Shown here piece by piece: positions 1-12,069 of a stretch of 64,000 bases of DNA. Under the pieces are notes generated by a model that was given only the letters and a program-made list of their open reading frames with translations, was not told where the DNA came from and searched no databases. A program made the position numbers and the translations under genes. The stretch spans positions 372,001 through 436,000 of the forward strand of contig NIVC01000073.1 of NCBI GenBank assembly GCA_002269645.1, given 5' to 3'. This DNA is from Macrostomum lignano (lineage: Eukaryota). Position 1 is the first letter of the stretch, and each line of letters opens with the position of its first letter.

Positions 1-120
1 GTGAGCAGTTGCCAGTTGCCCCAATGCGAGCTATATCTGGTTTGTTTGAATTGATGATTAATTTTTTTCCAACTATCTTGTTCAAATATTAAATTATAGA
101 CGTTTTAGATTTCTTCCCAG

Positions 121-3100
121 GTGCGTGTACGCATGCTACGTGTGCAGTTTAATCTGCTCAAACATTGGGATAGATATGCGTGTATAAATGGGCATGCAGA
201 TCTTACTAGAAAAAATCCGGATGAAGTCAAATTGAGTACACTGCAGTGTGAAACTGGCGATACACCAACAAACCATGCTGACCCAGGGCATGGAGACCAT
301 GCGCAGGTTGATCAACAATTTCACCGTGGCGTTCAGCGGCAAAACCCGGCCTGGCTTCGGGCATATTCTTGTCGGCGAGCCGTTGCCATGCGTGCAGAGC
401 GACAAGCTGAGGTGCCGCTTGGCGCCGACCGGGAGGCACGCAGTTCGGGTCGCGGCTGGTTTGGCAGCAACACAGACTGGTGAGTTGATGTGGCGCCGAT
501 ACGTCTGCAGCAGCTGTAGCTGCAGCTGGCGCCTCTGGTGCGGCGCCTCTGGTGCTGGCGCCTCTGGTGCTGGCGCCTCTGGTGCTGGCGCCTCTGGTGC
601 TGGCGCCTCTGGTGCTGGCGCCTCTGGTGCTGGCGCCTCTGGTGCTGGCGCCTCTGGTGCTGGCGCCTCTGGTGCTGGCGCCTCTGGTGCTGGCGCCTCT
701 GGTGCTGGCGCCTCTGGTGCTGGCGCCTCTGGTGCTGGCGCCTCTGGTGCTGGCGCCTCTGGTGCTGGCGCCTCTGGTGCTGGCGCCTCTGGTGCTGGCG
801 CCTCTGGTGCTGGCGCCTCTGGTGCTGGCGCCTCTGGTGCTGGCGCCTCTGGTGCTGGCGCCTCTGGTGCTGGCGCACGAAAATTGGCCAGGTGAGTTGT
901 CAGTACGATTCTCAGCCATGAGGGCCAACCCCCAAGGCACAGACAGTGTGGATCCCTGACCGATTAGAGAGTCGAAGGTCCGCTTTACACCCTTTGTGAG
1001 CGTGTGTGTGAGTGCGTTTCTGTGTACAGTATTGGCTGGTTGTGTGGGACGATGTCGCATTTTCACTGATAAAGCTCAGACTCAGAATTCAGAAACTCCC
1101 TACTAGTAGCGCTGCTGAGAACCTCAACCACTCCATCCAGGCGACCTGGTGATCTCAGACGCCGGCAGTCACCGAGTCCTTATCGTCACTCCGGTCGGCG
1201 ACGTTCGACTCGCTTTCGGCGAACCGGGCGACTCCGACTGGAACTTGAACGCACCCTCGGGAGTCGCCGTGATCAGCGACGGCAGCGTGGCTGTGGTGGA
1301 CACCATCCATGCTCAGCTCAAGCTGTTCAGCAGCGAGAACGGCGAGTTCCTGAGGCTGATCAACCAGTCCGTCAGCCTATTTCGCGAACCTCGAGGCGTT
1401 GCGGCTACTCAAAACGATTATTACCTGATTGCGGATGCTGGGCAGCACTGCGTCTTCATCCTGTGGCCCAGCGGTGCCCTCAGAAACCGGATCGGCCAGC
1501 TGGGCTCCGGGCCGGGCGACTTGAACCGACCGGAGGGTCTGGCGGTGACGCTGGACAGACGGATTCTGGTGACTGACAGGGGCAACTACAGCGTCAAGGT
1601 GGACTGCTTGCAAAGTTCAGGCATCCTTTACTCAAAGCCTGAAGGGAAAGATGAGAGGGGAGAGAGGAGAGGGGAGAGAGGAGAGGGCAGAGAGGAGAGG
1701 GGAGAGAGGAGAGGGGAGAGAGGAGAGGGGAGAGAGGAGAAGGGAGAGAGAAGAGGGGAGAGAGGAGAAAGGAGAGAGGAGAGGGGAGAGAGGAGAGAGA
1801 GGAGAGGAGAGGAAAGAGAGGAGAGGAGAGAGAGGAGAGGAGAGAGAGGAGAGGGGAGAGAGGAAAGGAGAGGGTAGAGAGGAGAGGGTAGAGAGGAGAG
1901 GAGAGAGAGGAGAGGAGAGAGAGGAGAGAAGAGAGAGGAGAGGAGAGAGGAGAGGAGAGGGGAGAGAGGAGAAGGGAGAGAGGAGAGGGGAGAGAGGAGA
2001 GGGGAGAGAGGAGAGGGGAGAGAGGAGAAAGGAGAGAGGAGAGGGGGAGAGGAGAGGGGAGAGAGGAGAGAGAGAAGAGGAGAGGAGAGAGAGGAGAGGA
2101 GAGAGAGGAGAGGGAGAGAGGAGAGGGGAGAGAGGAGAGGGGAGAGAGGAGAGGGGAGAGAGGAGAGGGATGGATGAGAGGGGAGAGAGGAGAGGGGAGA
2201 GAGGAGAGGAGAGAGAGGAGAGGGGAGAGAGGAGAAAGGAGAGAGGAGAGGGGAGAGAGGAGAGAGAGGAGAGGAGAAGGGAGAGAGGAGAGGGGAGAGA
2301 GGAGAAGGGAGAGAGGAGAGGGGAGAGAGGAGAAAGGAGAGAGGAGAGGGGAGAGAGGAGAGAGAGGAGAGGAGAGGAAAGAGAGGAGAGGAGAGAGAGG
2401 AGAGGAGAGAGAGGAGAGGGGAGAGAGGAGAAGGGAGAGAGGAGAGGGGAGAGAGGAGAAAGGAGAGAGGAGAGGGGAGAGAGGAGAGAGAGGAGAGGAG
2501 AGGAGAGAGAGGAGAGGAGAGAGAGGAGAGGAGAGAGAGGAGAGGGGAGAGAGGAGAGGAGAGGGTAGAGAGGAGAGGGTAGAGAGGAGAGGAGAGAGAG
2601 GAGAGGAGAGAGAGGAGAGAAGAGAGAGGAGAGGAGAGAGAGGAGAGGAGAGGGGAGAGAGGAGAAGGGAGAGAGGAGAGGGGAGAGAGGAGAAGGGAGA
2701 GAGGAGAGGGGAGAGAGGAGAAAGGAGAGAGGAGATGGGGAGAGAGGAGAGGGGAGAGAGGAGAGAGAGAAGAGGAGAGGAGAGAGAGGAGAGGAGAGAG
2801 AGGAGAGGGGAGAGAGGAGAGGGGAGAGAGGAGAGGAGAGAGAGGAGAGGGATGGATGAGAGGGGAGAGAGGAGAGGGGAGAGAGGAGAGGAGAGAGAGG
2901 AGAGAGAGACAGGAGAGGAGAGAGAGAGAGAGGAGAGAGAGGAGTGGGGAGAGAGGAGAGGAGAGGGTAGAGAGGAGAGGGTAGAGAGGAGAGGAGAGAG
3001 AGGAGAGGAGAGAGAGGAGAGGAGAGAGAGGAGAGGAGAGGGGAGAGAGGAGAAGGGAGAGAGGAGAGGGGAGAGAGGAGAAGGGAGAGAGGAGAGGGGA

Positions 3101-5231
3101 GAGAGGAGAAAGGAGAGAGGAGAGGGGAGAGAGGAGAGAGAGGAGAGGAGAGGAGAGAGAGGAGAGGAGAGAGAGGAGAGGGGAGAGAGGAGAGGGAGAG
3201 AGGAGAGGGGAGAGAGGAGAGGAGAGAGAGGAGAGGGATGGATGAGAGGGGAGAGAGGAGAGGGGAGAGAGGAGAGGAGAGAGAGGAGAGGGGAGAGAGG
3301 AGAGAAGGGAGAGAGCTGAGAAAAAACGCAAACATTGAGCGGGCCGGATTGCTATTGTGAACTTTCAGATGACCCGAGGGCCGGATAGAGAGGCTTCGAT
3401 GGCCGCGGGTGGCCCACGGGCCGAAGTTTGCCGACCCCCTGGTTTAATACAATTATGCTTCAATGACTGCAGGGTACCTTGAAACTTCAATCACCACCCA
3501 CCTCGCCCTGTCGCAGGTGTTCACCTTCGGCGGCGCGCCGCTGCACGTGTACAGCTACAAAGACTTTCGCCTGCTGACCGCCGAAGCTTTGGATCCGCCT
3601 CCAATCGGCATCGGCTGCGATCACGACGGCAACATCCTGGTGACGCTGCACGACACCGTCGGAATCGTGCTGCCCAGTGGCAGGATCTGGACCATCATTG
3701 ACTCGCAGGACGGCCTCCGGTCGCCCAGCTGCGTTGTCTACGTCCCCGCAGTCAGTGCATCGCCGTGCTCGAGCCCAATCCCGAGCAGGGTCGCGGCTAT
3801 GCCCTGCTGTACAATCACGAACCCGAAGCGTTCCATCCGTACCGATCCTTTGACGACGCAACCCCGGAGGGTCAGCACGGCGATGCCGCTGCCGCGGTGC
3901 ATCCCGCGGGTGTTATTGGCGGAAATCTGCCGCGAATGGCTGGAACTTTTGGCCGCTCAGTGGACTGCCTGCTGACTGACTCCTGTGCGAACTCCGGTGC
4001 GGAGCTGCAGCAGCATCGGGGACACCTGTCAGCCAGGTCAGGCCTGTTGTAGCTTGGCATATCTCACGGGTCTCTGAAGTGTGAGATACCGGGTCTCTGA
4101 AGTGTGAGATACCGGGTCTTTAAAGTACAAGATACCGGGTCTTTTAAATGTGAGATACCAGGTCTTTAAAGTGTGACATACCGGGTCTTGAAAGTGTGAG
4201 ATACCGGTTCTTAAAAGTAGATAATACCGGGTCTTTGAAGTGTGAGATACCTGGTCTTTGAAGTTTTAGATACCGGGTCTCTGAAGTGTTAGATACCGGG
4301 TCACTGAAGTGTGAGATCCCGGGTCTTTTGAAGTACAAGATACTGGGTCTTTGAATTGTGAGATAACGGTTCTTTTAAGTGTTAGATACCGGGTCCCTGA
4401 AGTGTTAGATACCGGGTCTCTGAAGTGTGAGATACGGGTCTTTTGAAGTACAAGATACCGGGTCTTTGAATTGTGAGATTCCGGGTCTTAAAAGTGTGAG
4501 ATCCCGGGTCTTCGAAGTGCGAGATACCGGGTCTCTGAAGTGCGAGTCTTTAAATTAGGAGATACCGGGTCTTTAAAGTGTGAGATACCGGTTCTTTAAA
4601 GTAGATAATACCAGGTCTTCAAAGTGTGAGATACCGGGGTCGTCGAAGTGCGAGATACCGGATCATTGAATCCTTTCAATGATCCGGTATCTCGGTTCTT
4701 TAAAGCCAGAGATACTGGGTCTTTAAAGCTATACATACCTGGTCTGTAGACAGCTTGATAGCTCGTAAACTAGCTATAGATCAATTGATGATCTAGCTAT
4801 AGATCAATCGATGATCTAGCTATAGATCAATTGATGATCTAGCTATAGATCAATCGATGATCTAGCTATAGATCAATTGATGATCTAGCTATAGATCAAT
4901 CGATGATCTAGCTATAGATCAATTGATGATCTAGCTATAGATCAATCGATGATCTAGCTATAGATCAATTGATGATCTAGCTATAGATCAATTGATGATC
5001 TAGCTATAGATCAATCGATGATCTAGCTATAGATCAAATGATGATCTAGCTATAGATCAATTGATGATCTAGCTATAGATCATGGACCCATGGGGCTCAG
5101 CGAGATCCTTTCCTACCTATCTAATATTTAATTTCTTCCCCTACAAACCATACACCTCATCAACAGGTGCTCCCCTATCAGCTTCTCTCCTGCGGAATGT
5201 GGCTCAACTCTGCTTCAAATTCAGCTTCATC

Positions 5232-5304
<73 letters not shown>

Positions 5305-5575
5305 GCAGCAGCAGCAGCAACGACAGCGACAGTTCGCCGATACCTGGCGATCAAACCTCGGAGTACCCGGTGTCCCAGGGTCACCGCTGGGTCACCGCCG
5401 GGCCTCAGGCGCCGCGGCCGTAGCCGCGGCCGAACCTTCGACTGGCACTGTCGTTAGCAATAGCTGGCATTCAGCTGGCGACAGCGAAGAGGACCCCCGA
5501 CTGGCCACGGGGAGAGGGGAGTTCGAGGACGCTGAGATGGGGGAACCACGCTTCGAGTACGATGATCGGTTCTAA
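121..5575 (+). CDS. NHL-repeat (beta-propeller) protein, TRIM-NHL-like, 5'-partial; join(121..179?,247..479,1141..1598,3517..4036,5167..5575), with an apparent 1-nt frameshift at 3744-3747
   Basis: GT/AG junctions join in phase: TQT-G|GDLVISDAGSHRV (479/1141), NYSVK|VFTFGG (1598/3517), SAR|CSP (4036/5167). NHL blade motifs include LNAPSGVAV, FREPRGVAA and LNRPEGLAVTLDRRILVTDRGNYSVKVF. The first small exon (121-179) is less certain, and upstream exons lie outside the window. Confidence 0.8.
526..876. repeat. 15-bp minisatellite (CTGGCGCCTCTGGTG), about 23 copies, in an NHL gene intron
   Basis: Direct reading of near-perfect tandem units; it explains the SGAGA/RGAST/VLAPL ORFs. Confidence 0.97.
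915..1065 (+). mobile_element. Unclassified interspersed repeat, copy 1
   Basis: Shares CCAAGGCACAGA..GTGT..ATxCCTGACCGATTAGA(G/A)AGTC..G..GCT.TxCACCCT..GTGAGCGTGTGT with 22130-22290 and 61405-61510. Confidence 0.6.
1648..3316. repeat. Purine-rich (GGAGA/GAGAG) low-complexity repeat in an NHL gene intron
   Basis: About 1.7 kb almost entirely G/A; it produces the spurious ER- and SPL-rich ORFs. Confidence 0.97.
3338..3441. mobile_element. Right end of a hAT (Charlie-like) MITE
   Basis: GGCCGCGGGTGGCCCACGGGCCGAAGTTTGCCGACCCCCTG; the reverse complement CAGGGGGTCGGCAAAC resembles Charlie-type TIRs, with GGGCCG subterminal motifs. No partner TIR found. Confidence 0.5.
4072..4745. repeat. About 23-bp minisatellite (GAGATACCGGGTCTYTGAAGTGT)
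   Basis: Degenerate tandem units in an NHL gene intron. Confidence 0.92.
4770..5083. repeat. 23-bp palindrome-rich minisatellite (TCTAGCTATAGATCAATYGATGA)
   Basis: About 13 tandem copies containing the ATCAATTGAT palindrome. Confidence 0.95.
5231..5320 (+). repeat. (CAA)24(CAG)5CAA coding microsatellite, giving poly-Q30 in the last NHL exon
   Basis: In frame with the spliced exon starting at 5167. Confidence 0.85.
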
Positions 5576-6332
5576 ATACCACTCATAAACTCAATAGTGA
5601 AGCATTAACTCACTCAGAAGCTCACTCATGAACTCACTTATGACTTCACTCATGACCTCACTTACTTGAGCTCACTTGAACTGATATCAAATTGCAAATA
5701 CTCTGCACTATTTATTCTCAGACAATTGTCAAATGTATTACTATTTCTCCAAAATGTAGGTAGTACAGTATGCTTGCATTATAGCAAAAATTAAAGTGAG
5801 AAATCAATAAAACACAAAAATTTTAGCCATTACTCATTAATAAATTTTTGATTTTTACTGACCCAGTCTTTAAAAAACAGTACGATTAGTGCACAGTATT
5901 TAAACACATTTTCTGCCATTATGAATTGCAGTCGTTAAGAAAACATAGTGAATGTATCATTTGTATTTCACTTTTACAAAATTTACACGTAAACATTTAC
6001 AATCTATTACAATCGTGTTTTTAGCTAAATAGAAAAAAAACATAATAGAACAGGAACCGCCATTCGCCCAACTTACATCATGCACTTACTATTAAGAAAA
6101 AACATGTTTACATAAATGTCGCACTGTGCTATGTAGTTAAACTAATTCTAGCTTAAGTATATGAATTTTTATAGGAAAACCATCGATTAATGTGTATTAA
6201 GCTCAATGTGTGATCAAATTTATAATAAGTGAACTAATTTTAGTAGCATAATAACAAAGAACAATTTCTGTTGAGATTAAAAACATTAAATTTTGCTGAG
6301 TTTTCATGTTTGAGAATGTACTAGTAAAAGCA

Positions 6333-6800
6333 TCAACCGGAAGTGCCACAACACACTAGTAACATCATCAACCGGAGAGTCACAACTTACTGATCAACGA
6401 GAAGTGTGACAACACGCTAGTAACATCATCAACCGGAAGTGTCACTACTTGCTGGTAACATCATCAACCGGAAGTGTCACAACTCACTAGTAAAATCATC
6501 AACCGGAAGTGTCACAACTCACTAGTAAAGTTATCAACCGGAAGTGTCACAACTCACTAGTAAAGTTATCAACCGGAAGTGTCACAACTCACTAGTAAAA
6601 TCATCAACCGGAAGTGTCACAATTCTCACTAGTAAAATCATCAACCGGAAGTGTCACAATTCTCACTAGTAAAATCATCAACCGGAAGTGTCACAACTCA
6701 CTAGTAAAATCATCAACCGGAAGTGTCACAACTCACTAGTAAAATCATCAACCGGAAGTGTCACAACTCACTCGTAAAATCATCAACCGGAAATTCTACA
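6333..6800. repeat. 35-bp minisatellite, each unit carrying ACCGGAAGTG
   Basis: Unit AACTCACTAGTAAAATCATCAACCGGAAGTGTCAC; about 13 copies between two convergent 3' ends. Confidence 0.93.
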
Positions 6801-6901
6801 ACTGGTTGATAGTCGACTAACCGATGCTATAAATTGGCATCGGTTGCTACTGACAGTAGCCAGCTAGGTCTATCGCAATGATCAACCCAAAAAAACTTTC
6901 G

Positions 6902-9900
6902 TCACTCGGGCGGCAAATCCAAGCGCAATTCCTGCAGCAGATCCGGCGACAGAAGCTCCTTCTGCCATCGGCGCCGCTGCATCTCCCGGTGCTGACTGGC
7001 GTCCAGACCATCAGCTACTGACAGGCCGGCTGGCAGCGAAGTCACCGTCGAAGAAGCCCCCGATTCCGACCTGGACGAATTCGACGCAACAGTCGCCCAG
7101 TCTTTGTCCTCGGTGGCGTCGTTGACAACGACAGTCAGGCAGCGGCCGCAGTTTGGGCACCAGGTCAGGTTGTCGCGAGCGTCGGTCGCCTCGCCGCATT
7201 CCGGACAGCGGATCAGCTCTGGTGCGCCTTTGGTGCCGTCACCTGCTGCATAGTCTGGCACCGGTTCAAACTGTTGAGCAATCTCCGATGCCTGCGTTAG
7301 CGATGTAGCAACCGGAAGTGTTCAAGTTTTGTCCCCACTTTGGCCTTTAATATCCCCAAATCCCCACTTAGATCTTTAATATCCCAAATTCCCACTTTAC
7401 CTTTAATATCCCGATTCCCCACTTTCGCCGTTAATATCCCAAATCCCCACTTTGGTCTTTAATATCCCAAATCCCTACTTTGAACTTTAATATCTCAAAT
7501 TCCTACTTTGAGCTTTAATTTCCCAAATCCCCACTTTGACCTTTAATATCCCGAATCCCCAATTTTGTCCCTAATATTCCTAAATATTTGGGCCGAATAA
7601 TCTTAAAATCCCAACCTCATTAATCTAGGAGCAATTGGAATAAACCACAAATTATTAATCCCACGCGAACCTCCGAGCGCGGGCTGATCTCCCTCAGGCT
7701 GGCGAAGTACCTCTCCAGCGAGGCTCGCGAGTTGCTCTCGCGCAGTCGCTGCTCAGTCCACTCCTCGGCTACCCGACGCTGAAGATCTTCGTGATGCCGC
7801 TTAACGGCGTTCAGGTGTTTGTGATAATCGACCTCCGGCTGATGCTGCGACTGTGGAGATCTGCGATCGGGATTGGCAGTCACGTGACCCAATTGGATTT
7901 TAAGGGAAATTAAAGTCTTAAAACTAAATTTAGAGGGGAGTCCAATTTGATTTAAAAAATTCAAAGCGGGAATCCCGATGGTGAGAAATCCCATATAGAG
8001 AATCCCAGCTACGTCAATCCCAAGCTGGGGAATCCTAAAAAGAGAATCCCAGGAGGGTTAAACCTACACTTCGGAGGAATCCCAAGTGAAGAATCCAAAC
8101 TGGGTGAATTCTAGAGCTGGGGAAATCCCAAGTGGAGAATTCTAACTGGGTGAATCTTAAAGCTGGGGAAATCCCAAGTAGAGAATCTAAACTAGGGGAA
8201 TTCCAGAGCTGAGGGAATACCAAATGGAGAATCCAAACTGGGTAAACTCTAGAGCTGGGAAATCCCAAGTGGAGAATTCTAACTGGGTGAATCTTAAAGC
8301 TGGGGAAATCCCAAGTAGAGAATCTAAACTAGGGGAATTCCAGAGCTGGGGGAATACCAAATTGAGAATCCAAACTGGGTAAACTCTAGAGCTGGGAAAT
8401 CCAAAGTGGAGAATTCTAACTGGGTGAATCTTAAAGCTGGGGAAATCCCAAGTAGAGAATCTAAACTAGGGGAATTCCAGAGCTGGGAAATCCCAAGTGG
8501 AGAATCCGAACTGGGTGAAGGGGAGAATCCAAGGAGACTAGAAAACAGTGAATTTTATCCACAACAATATTCGAAAAGATTGCCAACCGCAAGCTATAGC
8601 AGACCTCTGCTTCTGATTTTTTTGTTGGAATTGCTGTCTTTGAACCAAGTGCTTCTCGCTGCTGTGCACCGCCTGCTGCTGCTGCTGCTGCTTCACATCG
8701 ACTCCGACGCTGTCCAACTCGCTGTCGAGTTGGCGCAGAATGGCGTCATAATCTGGCAGTCGTCTCGATTGGCGCATCTTGTGGCGAGCTTCAAGCTCGC
8801 GCAAAAACTCGTCTGTGTCGTCAGCAGCAGCTCGCTGCTGCGTCGGACGCTGCGGCTGCTGATGCTGGTAGCTCTGGCTTCTTGAATGCGGTCTGGAACA
8901 GATGGCATGGTTTGCTAATCTATAGCCATATCTGCTGGATGAAGGAACAGATGGCATGGATTGCTAATCTATAGCCATATCTGCTGGATGAAGGAACAGA
9001 ATGGATTGCTAATCTATAGCCATATCTGCTGGGTGAAGGAACAGAATGGATTGCTAATCTATAGCCATATCTGCTGGATGAAGGAACAGATGGCATGGAT
9101 TGCTAATCTATAGCCATATCTGCTGGATGAAGGAACAGAATGGATTGCTAATCTATAGCCATATCTGCTGGGTGAAGGAACAGAATGGATTGCTAATCTA
9201 TAGCCATATCTGCTGGGTGAAGGAACAGAATGGATTGCTAATCTGTAGCCATATCTGCTGGGTGAAGGAATAAAATGGATTGCTAATCTATAGCCATATC
9301 TGCTGGATGAAGGAACAGAATGGATTGCTAATCTATAGCCATATCTGCTGGGTGAAGGAACAGAATGGATTGCTAATCTGTAGCCATATCTGCTGGGTGA
9401 AGGAATAAAATGGATTGCTAATCTATAGCCATATCTGCTGGATGAAGGAACAGAATGGATTGCTAATCTATAGCCATATCTGCTGGGTGAAGGAACAGAA
9501 TGGATTGCTAATCTGTAGCCATATCTGCTGGGTGAAGGAACAGAATGGATTGCTAATCTGTAGCCATATCTGCTGGGTGAAGGAACAGAATGGATTGCTA
9601 ATCTATAGCCATATCTGCTGGATGAAGGAACAGAATGGATTGCTAATCTGTAGCCATATCTGCTGGGTGAAGGAACAGAATGGATTGCTAATCTATAGCC
9701 ATATCTGCTGGGTGAAGGAACAGAATGGATTGCTAATCTATAGCCATATCTGCTGGGTGAAGGAACAGAATGGATTGCTAATCTATAGCCATATCTGCTG
9801 GATGAAGGAACAGAATGGATTGCTAATCTATAGCCATATCTGCTGGGTGAAGGAACAGAATGGATGCTAATCTATAGCCATATCTGCTGGATGAAGGAAC

Positions 9901-10941
9901 AGAATGGATTGCTAATCTATAGCCATATCTGCTGGGTGAAGGAACAGAATGGATTGCTAATCTGTAGCCATATCTGCTGGATGAAGGAACAGAATGGATT
10001 GCTAATCTATAGTCATATCTGCTGGGTGAAGGAACAGAACGGATTGCTAATCTGTAGCCATATCTGCTGGATGAAGGAACAGAATGGATTGCTAATCTAT
10101 AGCCATATCTGCTGGATGAAGGAACAGAATGGATTGCTAATCTATAGTCATATCTGCTGGGTGAAGGAACAGAACGGATTGCTAATCTGTAGCCATATCT
10201 GCTGGATGAAGGAATAGAATGGATTGCTAATCTGTAGTCAGAATTATCCAGGGCAGAATCCAGGTGCTCAAACCTCTTAGAGTTCTGCTTTTCCTGCAAC
10301 AGACTCGCAGCGGCAGCAGCAGATATTCTAGACTGCTGCACAATATCCTGCAGATGGTTGCGTTGCGTCTCCAACAGCAGCTCGGTGCTGCGAGATGTGG
10401 CCATTCCAGCCTCTCTAGTAGCTTCATCATCGTAATCTGGATCGAACTCTGGCCCCGGTCGATGAGTATGAAATTCGGACTCGATTGCGGCGTCCTCATC
10501 AGAATGTTGCGCTGCTCCTAAGTTGAAAGGGGCACTGATGCAGGGCCTCTGTGCAGTTGCTTCTGCTGAGCGCTGCCTGACTTTGTTGCCTGAGGCAGCT
10601 GTCTGACTGTTTCTGACTTGCCTCTCTTTTATTGTTGCTGTTGCTGTTGGCGCTGCCGCTGCTTTAGGCGTATTTTCTTTCGCACGCGGCGAGCTTAGGT
10701 TTGTACTTTTCGAGCTGTCAATCCTGTGGCTGCTGGGGTGACTGGAAAATTACCAATATTAAAGTCATTGCGTAAAGGCTTTGCAATATTTTTAGGTTTG
10801 TTTACTTTTTTACAATTAGTTAACAACTTACCCATTGCTACTAAGTAGCCGCTCGCCATTTCTAGCCAAGTAGTCCAACCTACGCTGGCAAATCTCTTGT
10901 CGCCTCTGAGTCCGAGGTGTGACAGTTGAATCGCTGTACAT
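6902..10941 (-). CDS. Uncharacterised 481-aa protein with Q-rich/coiled-coil middle and C-terminal Cys4 zinc ribbon (CPECG-x11-CPNCG); complement(join(6902..7291,7671..7860,8605..8892,10274..10741,10832..10941))
   Basis: ATG at 10941. Four GT-AG introns have matching phases (2,2,2,0) and give one open frame of 1446 nt ending in TGA at 6902. Exons are GC-rich against repeat-filled introns. The exon 4 donor could alternatively be at 7665. Confidence 0.75.
7332..7570. repeat. About 28-bp minisatellite (CCCCACTTTGACCTTTAATATCCCAAAT)
   Basis: Degenerate tandem units in an intron. Confidence 0.85.
7985..8530. repeat. About 46-bp minisatellite organised as a 137-bp trimeric higher-order repeat
   Basis: GTGGAGAATTCTAAC recurs at 8132, 8269 and 8406. 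Confidence 0.88.
8895..10240 (+). repeat. 45-bp minisatellite family A, locus 1 (TGAAGGAACAGAATGGATTGCTAATCTATAGCCATATCTGCTGGG)
   Basis: About 30 tandem copies; the same unit occurs at 41975-42597 and inverted at 48170-48413. Confidence 0.97.
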
Positions 10942-12069
10942 TGTTGCACATGAAAAGTCTGGGACTCTAGCATGAAGTTTTATGTTTCGATAAGTAGAAA
11001 ATACAATTTTGCTTACTTTATAGAGATCTTTTGATGCATGTAAAAAAATTGATTCTTGAGGCCTTAATAACTTAAAATTTCAAAATGTTAGCTAGCTAGT
11101 GCAATTGAAAAAATTGAAACATTATGATTATGACCTTTAAAAACTAAACAAGTGATTAGTTACCAAATACTACATAGTCATGGTATTAAACAAAATCATT
11201 ACAGATAGAAAAAAAGCTACAGGTTTGACATCGTCTATTTCAATACCAGATTAGAAACTTGTAGCCAGTCAATATATATTTTAAACATTGTATGTAATAT
11301 TAATTATTCACAATTAAAAAATTAAACATAACTGATATGCTTAACTGCTTGGTATTTTTAGATGCGATATAAACGAAATTTAATTAATATTTAGGTTTTT
11401 ATACTCAATTTTCAACTCAATTAGTTGAATAATAAATGCCTAAACTAAAGGGAATGGCGACGATTCTGCTTAGGCGATGCAATGCATATAAATTCGAATA
11501 AACAATCCCAAGTCAAAATGCTACTGTTTTTATGTGAAGACATTCAGCGCTAAAAAAAAATAAATATTTAAAGTATATCTTGAAAAAGTAGTTTGAATAG
11601 CGCATAGAAGTACTTTGAGCTTGTTTCTCACAAGTATAATTGATTTTTTGTTTTTGTAAACTTAAAGTTATTTTTTCAAAAATATAATTTAATTCCGTTT
11701 CTAAGAATAATCATGTGAAAAAACTATTAAAAAATTAACTAATAAACCGATTATCACTAACAAATGCGGCTTTAAGTTTGAATATTTACATTAAAAACTG
11801 GTCATAGCTTGAAAGTTGAAATAAGTTTATTTACCTTTTTTAGTCTCAATTGAATTAAGCAATTTATAAAACCTTCCAGGGTCAAAATCTATTTACTATT
11901 ATATGACACTTTATGAGTTCTATTATTATTGAACTGTTGGTGTTATGTTATCTATGGAAAATCAGTAAATTGATTTATGTGATTACATTTATACTTTTAA
12001 ACTTGCACTATTAAATCAGAAATTTTTCTATAGTATGATAATGTTATGGCTAAGAAATCGCTCTTTGCT

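Noticed and set aside
227-1066. ORFs with RGAST/SGAGA/RRQHQ/VLAPL repeats
   Set aside because: They are translations of an intronic 15-bp minisatellite; the real exon ends at the donor at 479/480.
1628-3335. 567-aa Ser/Pro/Leu and Glu/Arg ORFs
   Set aside because: They are artefacts of a GA-rich intronic repeat lacking stop codons.
5082-5457. Poly-Asn and poly-Thr ORFs
   Set aside because: The splice phase selects the poly-Gln frame instead.
8895-10240. Possible CRISPR array (also 45545-47330 and 58540-61370)
   Set aside because: Head-to-tail repeats with no unique spacers, no cas genes, and a eukaryotic intron context.
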